A stretch of DNA of 64,000 bases from an uncultured Ignavibacteriales bacterium. Lineage in GTDB: Bacteria > Zixibacteria > MSB-5A5 > GN15 > FEB-12. The translations under genes and the position numbers were made by a program. The notes under the pieces were generated by a model. The model saw only the letters and a list, made by a program, of their open reading frames with translations, had not been told where the DNA came from and did no database searches. Location: contig CAZCZL010000007.1 in NCBI GenBank assembly GCA_964503315.1, forward strand, positions 12,327-76,326, written 5' to 3'. Below, piece after piece: positions 21,859 through 30,670 of this stretch (positions are counted from its first letter, which is position 1; every line of letters starts with the position of its first letter).

Positions 21859-23075
21859 GCGCGCTCGCGGGCAACTGATTCATCGATCAGACCGGCCTGG
21901 AACAGCCTGAGCAGATTGTCCACCCGCTTCGACTCTATCCCGATAGAATCCGCCGCCTGATAGGCGAAGGTATTGTCGAATTCAAACCGGCACCTGACAT
22001 CAAATCCACCCAGCGCCAGTTCGATATTTCCGATCCATTCAAGAAAGTCCGCCACCTGTGCCTGCACCGAGCGGACCTGACGCATCACGATATCGAATTT
22101 GAAATCCGACCAGGTCGTAGTGGCGCCGTATGAGTAGCCGAGCAGGAATGGCGCGAGGTTAGTTCCGGCGCAGATATCCTCGATCAGCGCGCGATGATTG
22201 ATAAACCAGCTATTGGTCACTCCGCGCGCGGTCTCCGGCCCGATATAATCGATCGTCACATTATCCCAGGTGACCGGGTTGTCATCCACTTCGCACTCGC
22301 GGATCATCGAGACCGTCGCGTCGAAATACTTATTTATCCGGTCAGTGTACGCGTTGTCCGATTCCCCGGCCATCCGCTCCGGCGGCGTTATCTTGACATG
22401 CAGGCGGCTGTAACCGGCGTTATGTTGCGCGCGCTGAAGATCCCGTATCAACTGCTGTTCGATAAAAGAAATGAACGGCACCGGATGGAGGATCGACCTC
22501 CCGAACGGCTCGGATATCGTATTCGCCAACGCGACATACCGGAAATCCGCGCGATCCAGCGGAAGCGTGATCTCGCCGTTGTCATACACAAGTTGAGGTC
22601 CGCGCGCGGTTTGTTCGCCACGGAGATGTACCGCGTCGACCGGCACAAATTGATCGACTCCGGTTGCATCAGGAAGCATGGTCACAAATCCGCCAAATAT
22701 GCCGTCTCGATAAAGCGAAGTGAAAAGATCGGGAAGCATCGTAGCGACGCCGAGGTGGTGACAGTTTGGCATCCTCATGATTCGTTCGGACAGACGGTTG
22801 AGTCGCGCGAGTGGGGCGCTGATTGATTCTTTCTCCGGGATTTCCTGACCATCGGACGAAAGAATCAAAAATCTCCCCGGCGCGGCGGAGAGGCGTGCCC
22901 AGGTCCAGACACAGGCGGAGATTATCGGTATCTGATCGCACAGGAAGCGGTAGAGCATTGTGCGATAGCGCCCCGAGTGCAAGTCATTGGGGGAGAGGGC
23001 GAGCATCCGGTTCAGTTGTTTGGTGGTGAGGGAAGGATTTTCTTTGACGGTGGTGGCAAGACGGGCTGTGGTCAT
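21843..23075 (-). CDS. phage portal protein
   Basis: ~410 aa; 'PIISACVWTWARL', 'PFGRSIL', 'IEDICAGTNLAPFLLG', 'GLIDE' end; overlaps terL start; AAAGGAG RBS before ATG 23075. Confidence 0.8.
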   Translation of the reverse strand: MTTARLATTVKENPSLTTKQLNRMLALSPNDLHSGRYRTMLYRFLCDQIPIISACVWTWARLSAAPGRFLILSSDGQEIPEKESISAPLARLNRLSERIMRMPNCHHLGVATMLPDLFTSLYRDGIFGGFVTMLPDATGVDQFVPVDAVHLRGEQTARGPQLVYDNGEITLPLDRADFRYVALANTISEPFGRSILHPVPFISFIEQQLIRDLQRAQHNAGYSRLHVKITPPERMAGESDNAYTDRINKYFDATVSMIRECEVDDNPVTWDNVTIDYIGPETARGVTNSWFINHRALIEDICAGTNLAPFLLGYSYGATTTWSDFKFDIVMRQVRSVQAQVADFLEWIGNIELALGGFDVRCRFEFDNTFAYQAADSIGIESKRVDNLLRLFQAGLIDESVARERACRMI

Positions 23076-23269
23076 GGTGCAGACTCCTTTCATATAGGGG
23101 CCGGCACTTGGGAGAACTGACAAATGTAATACAGAGTTGAATAATGGAGATGTACACTAGGAATTGTGTCTGAGCGTTTACTCGCGTGTTTATCCCCATC
23201 TTCTCATCGTTGACTTCTCCGCCCCACTATTCTATATTCCCGTTACAACCCTCAAACGGACACAACACT

Positions 23270-24211
23270 ATGATGAAGAGATTTCTGCTCATCTTAGCTA
23301 TTCTGGGAGCCGCCGCCATGGCCAACGCTCAAGACAATCCATCCCTTCCTGATTTCGATTCCCTCTGGAATTTCGATAAACCGGCCGAAACCGAAACCGC
23401 CTTCCGCGCGCTCATTCCAGCCGCGGTCGCCGCCAATGACACCGGATACCATGCCGAACTGCTGACGCAGATCGCCCGCACACTTGGCCTTCAGCAGAAA
23501 TTCACCGAGGCCGATGCGTTGCTCGATACCGTCAACACCATGCTCCCTGCCGCCGGACCTCGCGCGTATGTGCGCTATCTGTTGGAGCGGGGGAGAGTGC
23601 GCAATTCATCCAAACGCCAGGATGAAGCGCTCCCGCTTTTTGCCGATGCCTGGGAGAAAGCCAAGATCGGCGGATTCGACAATCTTGCCGTCGATGCCGC
23701 GCATATGTGCGCGATCGCCGCGCCTGCCGACCAGAAACTTCCCTGGAATCTAAAAGCGCTCGAGTGGGCGGAGCAGTCATCCGACCCCAAAGCCCGCAAA
23801 TGGCTCGGCTCGCTCTACAACAATATCGGATGGGACTATTTCGACCAGAAGAAATATGATCTCGCGCTGGAGTCGTTCACCAGCGCAGTCGCTATCCGCG
23901 ATTCTCTGAATCAGCCGACACAGTTGCGAATCGCCATCTGGTGTGTCGCGAAAACATACCGCATGTTGGGCGATCTGGAAACCGCGTTGGCAATGCAGCA
24001 GGATCTCGAAGCCGAATGGAAAGCGTCCGGCGAAGAGCAGGATGGCTACGTCTTTGAGGAACTCGCCGAATGTCTGCTCGCGCAGGGCCGCACCGATGAG
24101 GCGACCCCATATTTCGCCAAAGCGTATGAGCTGTTGTCGAAAGATCAATGGCTCGCTCGCGATGAACAACCCCGCCTCCTGCGACTGAAAGAGCTGGGGA
24201 AAGTGCAGTAG
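23270..24211 (+). CDS. secreted tetratricopeptide repeat protein
   Basis: Signal peptide MMKRFLLILAILGAAAMANA; TPRs 'LYNNIGWDYF'. Confidence 0.85.
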   Translation: MMKRFLLILAILGAAAMANAQDNPSLPDFDSLWNFDKPAETETAFRALIPAAVAANDTGYHAELLTQIARTLGLQQKFTEADALLDTVNTMLPAAGPRAYVRYLLERGRVRNSSKRQDEALPLFADAWEKAKIGGFDNLAVDAAHMCAIAAPADQKLPWNLKALEWAEQSSDPKARKWLGSLYNNIGWDYFDQKKYDLALESFTSAVAIRDSLNQPTQLRIAIWCVAKTYRMLGDLETALAMQQDLEAEWKASGEEQDGYVFEELAECLLAQGRTDEATPYFAKAYELLSKDQWLARDEQPRLLRLKELGKVQ

Positions 24212-24272
24212 CTTGGGTTCGCCTCTCGTCTTCGCTCGAGGCGGCGAATTTCAGTCTGCACTTTCTATTGAA

Positions 24273-24430
24273 CACCGTACCCCACCATTTATGGTGGGAC
24301 TCTTAAGCAGTGCTCGCTTCTTAACTTTGTGCCCCACTCAACTCGGGCTGAGCGGAGTCGAAGCCCGAATCCCGTTGTTCAGGGCAAACGGGGACGTCTG
24401 CCTCTCAAATATAGACGTCCCCCTATCCGG
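24273..24430. repeat. REP-like palindrome cluster
   Basis: CACCGTACCCCACCATTTATGGTGGG (also at 50532), CGGGCTGAGCGGAGTCGAAGCCCG, GGCAAACGGGGACGTCTGCC. Confidence 0.8.
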
Positions 24431-24517
24431 ACAAACTCAGTTCTGCTTATTTCCCCTCCCAAAACTCCCTCCAGATTCTTGTTGTCGAATCCTTCAAAAT
24501 AGCCGTACTTATCCCAT

Positions 24518-25153
24518 ATGACCGACGCCGTCAGACACCTCGAGATCGAGATCAAGCTTAAGCTTGAGTCATTCACTGATTATCTAAAATTGATCGGCTA
24601 TCTCGGGCAGATCGAGTCCGAGGATCACCATATCAACGCCTTTTTCGATACCGAGGATCGCCAGCTCGCCCGCGCCGGATGGGCACTCCGTGTCCGCGCC
24701 GAAAACAAGCGCGGCCTGGTGACGATCAAGTCGATCCCGACCACCGAGGGCGCCGCAGTCGTGCGCCAGGAGATCGAGGCCGAGATCCCGCGCGGCGTCG
24801 CGTATGAGATCATCGGGCTGCGCGAGGAACTGATGTCCGTGCAGATCATGCCGGTCGATTTCATCAAGCGCCAGTTCCCTGAATTGAACCTCGCGAAACT
24901 GATCCAGTTCGAGAATGTCCGCCAGAAGAAGCTCTTCCGCATCGGCGGCGACAACTACCTGCTCGAGGTCGACAAAACCATGTACACCGATGGTTCGGTC
25001 GATTACGAACTCGAGGTCGAACTTCACGACATGGATCGCGTCGAGACAGTCGAGGACCATTTGCGCAAGTTGTTCCATTCGCTCGATATCCCGTTCGAGC
25101 ATCAGACGGAATCCAAATTCGCCCGCGCCCTCAAACGCGCCAAGATCTACTAG
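24518..25153 (+). CDS. CYTH domain protein (triphosphate tunnel metalloenzyme)
   Basis: 'EIEIKL', 'FFDTED..L...GWALRVR', 'ELEVE', 'SKFARAL'. Confidence 0.9.
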   Translation: MTDAVRHLEIEIKLKLESFTDYLKLIGYLGQIESEDHHINAFFDTEDRQLARAGWALRVRAENKRGLVTIKSIPTTEGAAVVRQEIEAEIPRGVAYEIIGLREELMSVQIMPVDFIKRQFPELNLAKLIQFENVRQKKLFRIGGDNYLLEVDKTMYTDGSVDYELEVELHDMDRVETVEDHLRKLFHSLDIPFEHQTESKFARALKRAKIY

Positions 25154-25155
25154 AC

Positions 25156-25431
25156 TCACACATCCCGCGGCGAACGCATCTTCCGCAATCGCCGGAAGAT
25201 ATCCGTGTACTCCCGCACCACCTCCCGCTCTGCCTCAGAGAGCGATTCCAGAAGCGGAATCCCCAGCCGCAACACCATCCGCACGATATCCGAGTTGTTC
25301 CTATCCAGATCGAGCGCCAACTGGTCGAGCCGGTTCTTCAACTCGTAGGTTATCCGCACGGCCAGGACATGTTCGTGCGGGCTCCCTAATTCGCTCGCGA
25401 CATCTGCCGTTTCAGGTTTGTCTGGATGCAT
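25156..25431 (-). CDS. ribbon-helix-helix (CopG-like) DNA-binding protein
   Basis: 'LAVRITYELKNRLDQLALDLDRNNSDIVRMVL'. Confidence 0.75.
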   Translation of the reverse strand: MHPDKPETADVASELGSPHEHVLAVRITYELKNRLDQLALDLDRNNSDIVRMVLRLGIPLLESLSEAEREVVREYTDIFRRLRKMRSPRDV

Positions 25432-25446
25432 TGAATTTCTCTCCCA

Positions 25447-25926
25447 TTAGTGAAAACGTTGGTGTGACACGATCGCGTGGTACGACCGTACCCGTATCCC
25501 GAACTCGCGCCGCAATTGTTGGAGCAGTATCCGCCACGGACGGCGTGGGTCGCGCCCGCGAATCAGCTCATCGATCTCCGCGCGATACGGCGACCGGCAG
25601 AGCGGACACCGTGTTGCCGATCGTTTCGCAATTCCGAAATTCTCTTTCGCGAACGACGCCAGCAGTTTCCGAAGTCTCCCTATCGCTCTCAGATGAAGAG
25701 TTGTCGCGCGCGCAAGCGATATCCCCATCCCGTCCGCGATCGAAGACATCTCTTCGAACTGCAGATAGTATCTCTCTATCACGATCCGTTCGTTCGGTTC
25801 GAGCTGTTCGATCGCCGCGCGAACCGCTTCATTGATCTGTTCTGCGAATTCCGACTTCTCTGATTCGGCCGGCGATGCCGTGATAGACGTTATCCAGTGG
25901 CGGTAAATGACTCTGCTATTCCCCAT
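25447..25926 (-). CDS. sigma70 region-4 HTH fused to a C2H2-type zinc/HTH domain
   Basis: 'AIEQLEPNERIVIERYY...IADGMGISLARATTLHLRAIGRLR' then 'CPLC...EIDELI...SHQRFH'; GGAGG RBS. Confidence 0.7.
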   Translation of the reverse strand: MGNSRVIYRHWITSITASPAESEKSEFAEQINEAVRAAIEQLEPNERIVIERYYLQFEEMSSIADGMGISLARATTLHLRAIGRLRKLLASFAKENFGIAKRSATRCPLCRSPYRAEIDELIRGRDPRRPWRILLQQLRREFGIRVRSYHAIVSHQRFH

Positions 25927-26255
25927 GAACTTCCTCCTGGCCGGACTGCAAGCCGCTTCCTATTTGGGCGACATGACCCGGCATTGGTTTTCCCGCAAAA
26001 AGAGGGAGAGGGGTGGGTCCGACAAGGACATGCCCGTCACAAACCAATTGGGGGATAAGGGGATAGCCGTATCACGTGAGTCACTTTGACTACGCCTGAC
26101 CGTCGAGACTGTCTGTCTGCACGCTTTTTGCGTATACTCGAAGAGGGAGGGGGCGTGGTTTAGTTTTGAGCGGCAGACGTCCTCGTCTGCCCTTCTAGAG
26201 AGATAAGCCCGGGCAGAGCAGGAGCTCTGCCGCGCAACTGACAAAAGAGGATCGC

Positions 26256-27032
26256 TTGGACCAATACCCTTTCTCTCGCGAAACCGTCTACCCGAACCCC
26301 GCCGAATCCCGCGCGCTCGCCGAGGACGGCTTTCGGATGACCAGCGGCAATCAGAATTTCCGCACGGTCCTCATGACCTGGGTTTCGCTCACTATTCTGC
26401 TGATCCTCTATCCCGGCGCGTCGCTTCTCGGCACCGGCGAAGATCCCACCTCACTGCTCAAATCGCTCGATTCGTTCATGCTGATGTTCCTGCTGATCAC
26501 CACCATCATATTCCAGTGGGTGATCTTCGGCATCAACTATTGGTCGGTCTATACTGAAGGGACCGGGCTTGCCGGTATCGGCTTCACCAAATTCCGTGGT
26601 ATCTATGTCGCGTGGGGAGTCGCGTTTCTGCTTGGCGCCAATCTTCTGCTCGCCGGTGTCGCCTGGATACTCGGGCAGATCGGCATGCCGCTTCCCGGTG
26701 AAGTGATGTTACTGGTTCCGCAGGATCCGATGGGGAAAGTTGTCTGGGTGATGGTTTCTATTACCGCCGGTGTCTGCGAAGAGACCGCGTTTCGCGGCTA
26801 CCTGATGACCCGCCTTCGCCTGGTCGGACGCATGAACTCATGGGTGATCCCGACCATCATATCGGCGGTCGCGTTCGGCGCCTGCCACGCCTATCAAGGG
26901 ATGCCCGGCTTTATCGCGATCACAATCTACGGCGCGCTCTTCTCGATACTGTATATCCGGACCGGTTCGATCTGGCCGGGGATAATCGCGCACTCACTGC
27001 AGGACCTCGGCGCCCTCATCTGGCCCCACTGA
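26256..27032 (+). CDS. CPBP (Abi/CAAX) intramembrane glutamic protease
   Basis: 'EETAFRG', 'FGACH', 'HSLQD' motifs; multiple TM helices. Confidence 0.92.
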   Translation: MDQYPFSRETVYPNPAESRALAEDGFRMTSGNQNFRTVLMTWVSLTILLILYPGASLLGTGEDPTSLLKSLDSFMLMFLLITTIIFQWVIFGINYWSVYTEGTGLAGIGFTKFRGIYVAWGVAFLLGANLLLAGVAWILGQIGMPLPGEVMLLVPQDPMGKVVWVMVSITAGVCEETAFRGYLMTRLRLVGRMNSWVIPTIISAVAFGACHAYQGMPGFIAITIYGALFSILYIRTGSIWPGIIAHSLQDLGALIWPH

Positions 27033-27049
27033 CGATTTTTTATCCTACA

Positions 27050-27495
27050 TCGTAGGGCGGGTCCGTCATCGAACCCGCCTCTAATGACAAAGCGAAAACT
27101 GACCATCTAAGATTATCGCAATCCCTGCAACGCCTCTTCCCAGCGAAAGCTGGGATACAGACTTCACTGTCATCGCGAGCCTTGCCGGGCAGTGAACGAA
27201 CGTCTCAAGACAGTCTTTCGAGGGCAAGGCGTCGCGATCTCACTTATACGTAGAAGAAACTGAGATCACGACGCTTTGCTTTGTCAAACGGATGAAGCAA
27301 AGCTCGTGATGACGTTCGTGGGTCATTGCGAGTGAAGCGAAGCAATCAATTATCGGGAGTGAATCGGATTAATCTATCGCCGGCAGCGCACTTCGACTAC
27401 GCTCAGTGCGATTACTGGTCGGGCAAACGGGGACGTTTGCCGCGCATAAGAATCGGGCTGAGCGGAGCCTGCCCTGAGTTCATGCTCAGGGTCGA
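27050..27495. repeat. dense cluster of REP-like stem-loop elements (BIME-like)
   Basis: Several palindromes incl. CTGTCATCGCGAGCCTTGCC..GGCAAGGCGTCGCGATC, GTCATTGCGAGTGAAGCGAAGCAATC, CTTCGACTACGCTCAG, CGGGCTGAGCGGAG..TCGAAGCCCG. Confidence 0.8.
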
Positions 27496-27525
27496 AGCCC
27501 GATTCAACGGAGAACCTAAGAACCC

Positions 27526-30267
27526 CTACCGCACCAGCGCCATCTTCTTTGTCGAACTGAAGTCGCCGGTCTCAAGTCGATAGAAGTAAACCCCCGACCC
27601 GACTTCGTCCCCCGCCGAACTCCGGCCATCCCAACGTACCCGATGTTCCCCTGCTGACATCATCCCATCAACCAGTCGCGTCACTTCCTGCCCCAACAGA
27701 TTGTAGATGGTCAGGCGAACATCGGTTCGGCTCGGTAACGTGAAAGATATCTCAGTCGATGGATTGAACGGATTCGGATAATTCTGCTCGAGCGCAAATC
27801 CCGATGGCACCCGCGGATCATCATCCTCGATATCGGTCGGCAGATAGAGATAGACATTCCCCCAGATCGCCGCGCCAGTCGCGCGCGGGTCAACCCAGGT
27901 CGCCCAGAGACGTCCCCGCGATGCCGCTATCGATGGCGCGCTCATATACTCCGGCGTTGTCACCGAAAACGGCTGATTCGATGCCAAAGGCGCGTAGAGA
28001 TTGGAGTAAATGCGATAATAGACCTGGCGGCTCCCGCCGCGACGGTCTACCCATCCGGTGTTGACATACCCCTGTTCATCGAAATCGATCGTCGGCTCGC
28101 TCGGATTGGATCCGATATTATCCGTCACCAGTGTCGCCGCCTGAAGGATCGCGCTCGCGCGACTGATGACCGTCAGATAAAGTTCTTTGGTCGCGGTCCC
28201 CGAAGTTGTCCAGAGCAGACCGATCTGCCCGGAATCATTTATCGCCGCCGCGATATCATGTATCTGCGCGCCGCCGACTGTGGATGTATAGCCGAATGTC
28301 CCACCCGCCGTCTTGTCGGCGTTATACCATGCGCCGCGAAGTCGGGGAGAGGTGCGGCCATTGTCGAGCCAGCAGACATAAAATCGATTCTGCGCGTCAC
28401 GGCGTGCGTACAGTTTCACGATCTGGCTATCCGATGCTGTCGATGAGATCAAGAATTCTGCGCCATCGCGCTGACCGGTCGATGTCATCCAACGACCATA
28501 GACCTGCGGCGATGCTCCGCGGCTGTCTATCCATGCCACCAATCCACGCCCGGTTTTCGCGAGCGCCGCTCGCGGCGAAGTTTTCCCGTCGCCAAGTGTT
28601 GAATCCGACACCGCAAATTCCGATGACTTGGAGGCATTGTAATCAGACATATACCGCGCGAATACGCGCTGCCCCGGCACTCCCGCTATCGCGCGGCCAT
28701 CCACCCAGACAACCAAGTTGACCGTGTCGCCCTCGGCCGCCGATGGTTCCGACTGAAGATTCGCGCCATTATCAAGATTCAGTCTTCGCTGTGGTCCAAC
28801 CGCGGTCGCATCATGCGCGACCAGTTGCGAAAAGATATCGCCGTTGTCATTCCGTCTATCCGCCCAGACCACCAGATCATACCAATCGCCGACGGATATC
28901 ACACAGGGTGAACTTGCCGGCGCGCCTTGCGCATCATCATTCAGGGTGCGCGGCGACAACATCAACTGCCCGCCGAGGGTATCAAACTGGAAGAGCGAAA
29001 TATCCGCGTCCTCATCAGTGAACTCCGTCCAGACAAATCCATATCGATTCGCCGAGAAGAATTTTGTCGCGGGCGCCCAGCGACGTCCGACCGTCGGACT
29101 ATACAATTCCTGCACGCCGGTCAACGGAATGAGACTGGTTGAGAAACGTCGCGAAACAATTCCTATCTCCGCGCCATAACTTGCCCAGGTAACCAGTAAT
29201 TCGCTGTTCGGCGCAATCGCCAGATCCATATCCCACGCCGCCAGTGTTCCGCCGCCATTTGACGCCAGCACATTACTTCCGACCAATCCGGTGGTCGGAT
29301 TGAACGACTGAAGATATATCTCCTGTCCGTTGCGCAGATCGATCCACCCGATCGTGTAATCTCCCAGAGTCGAAAAGACAACCTGCGGCGTGAATTGCAG
29401 TGAATCTGCCGAGGCCGGCGGGACGATCGTAAACTCCGAAGCTACCGCGGCTCCCGCGCCGGTATACTGACGGACATAGATATCCGGGTCAACCGAACGG
29501 TAATCTTCCCACGCGATCAGATAGCCGGAGTTTGGCTGCACGGCTACCTCGGGCGCCCAATGCGCGTTGCTTGCGGCATCGCTGTTCACGGTGGTCGGCG
29601 TGATCACCGATGTTCCCGTATTCGAGTATATCCGCATCTTGATCGTGTTGCCGGAGATATCATAATTCTCCCAGACGACCACCAGGCGGCCATCGGGATA
29701 AATATCAAAATCGTACAGTCCCGCGAACGCGCCATTTGTGGTGTCATTCACGAGATATGGCGCGATATCAACCGCCAGCGCGCTGGTGTAGCGTGTGCCG
29801 AACAGACGGCCGTTGGTTCTATCGCGATAGAACAGAAAGACCCGCCCTGCGGTATCGACCGCGACTTTCGGTTCGACATACTCCGCGCCGGTGGCTGAAC
29901 CAAGCATCAACTGATTACTACCGACCAACGCGCCGAGCGAATCAACCAATTGCAGAAATATCTTGTTGGCGCCATTTCGTTCATCCTGCCAGACCGCGAC
30001 CCACTGGCCATTTTTCATTTTGGCGAGCGACGAAGCATCCTGCGTGAAATGGGCGGGAGAGGTCAATTCCGATATCCGCAGATCCGCGGCATCGGGCGAG
30101 GCGAATTGGAATGACGTCACGACAAAGTCATTCGCACGACTGTCCGCATTCGGCACAGTCACCTGCCGATGATGCTGGTCGATCCGTTCAGTCAGCGATG
30201 TTGAGGCATACCCGGCGAGAGGGCAGAGAAGTAGACAGAGGACGTATTTTCTCAACGCGAACATCAA
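27526..30267 (-). CDS. secreted beta-propeller repeat protein with C-terminal FlgD-Ig/T9SS-like domain
   Basis: Signal peptide; repeats 'VVW.D.R.G..DI+.Q'; C-terminal 'LEQNYPNPFNPST...IYNLLGQEV...WDG...SGVYFYRL'. Confidence 0.88.
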   Translation of the reverse strand: MMFALRKYVLCLLLCPLAGYASTSLTERIDQHHRQVTVPNADSRANDFVVTSFQFASPDAADLRISELTSPAHFTQDASSLAKMKNGQWVAVWQDERNGANKIFLQLVDSLGALVGSNQLMLGSATGAEYVEPKVAVDTAGRVFLFYRDRTNGRLFGTRYTSALAVDIAPYLVNDTTNGAFAGLYDFDIYPDGRLVVVWENYDISGNTIKMRIYSNTGTSVITPTTVNSDAASNAHWAPEVAVQPNSGYLIAWEDYRSVDPDIYVRQYTGAGAAVASEFTIVPPASADSLQFTPQVVFSTLGDYTIGWIDLRNGQEIYLQSFNPTTGLVGSNVLASNGGGTLAAWDMDLAIAPNSELLVTWASYGAEIGIVSRRFSTSLIPLTGVQELYSPTVGRRWAPATKFFSANRYGFVWTEFTDEDADISLFQFDTLGGQLMLSPRTLNDDAQGAPASSPCVISVGDWYDLVVWADRRNDNGDIFSQLVAHDATAVGPQRRLNLDNGANLQSEPSAAEGDTVNLVVWVDGRAIAGVPGQRVFARYMSDYNASKSSEFAVSDSTLGDGKTSPRAALAKTGRGLVAWIDSRGASPQVYGRWMTSTGQRDGAEFLISSTASDSQIVKLYARRDAQNRFYVCWLDNGRTSPRLRGAWYNADKTAGGTFGYTSTVGGAQIHDIAAAINDSGQIGLLWTTSGTATKELYLTVISRASAILQAATLVTDNIGSNPSEPTIDFDEQGYVNTGWVDRRGGSRQVYYRIYSNLYAPLASNQPFSVTTPEYMSAPSIAASRGRLWATWVDPRATGAAIWGNVYLYLPTDIEDDDPRVPSGFALEQNYPNPFNPSTEISFTLPSRTDVRLTIYNLLGQEVTRLVDGMMSAGEHRVRWDGRSSAGDEVGSGVYFYRLETGDFSSTKKMALVR

Positions 30268-30670
30268 TCACCACACATTATGCGATTGGATATTTGGTGC
30301 GGCCCTAATTGGCCGGACACCGGGCTCCCCGAACGCCCTGCCGGAAGCAGGTAACTTATTGTGAGGGCACTACATAATACGCCCCCGGCGACGCTCGTGC
30401 AAGCTCTTTCTAGTATCGGCATTCTGGCAGTAAGTTGCAGCGCAATTAGTTGCCAGAATCTAATCGGCTGCCGCGCAAATCTTTGGCGCAACTTTGCGCC
30501 TCCTCCAAACGTACTGTAACCTAAAGGAATGCAGGCGACTGGCACTGTCCGGCGCCGTACAAAGTAGAGACGAAAGTCAGGAGCAGATGGAACATGTATC
30601 CGCGGCCGGATTCGAACACCCCTGGGACAGCGGGTCCGGCGATGGAAGATAAAGGAAACCTGGGCGTACT

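Noticed and set aside
23151-23160. CTAGTG about 85-95 bp upstream of both portal (minus) and protease (47973, plus) as a shared regulatory motif
   Set aside because: Only 6 bp match, within chance expectation without comparative data.
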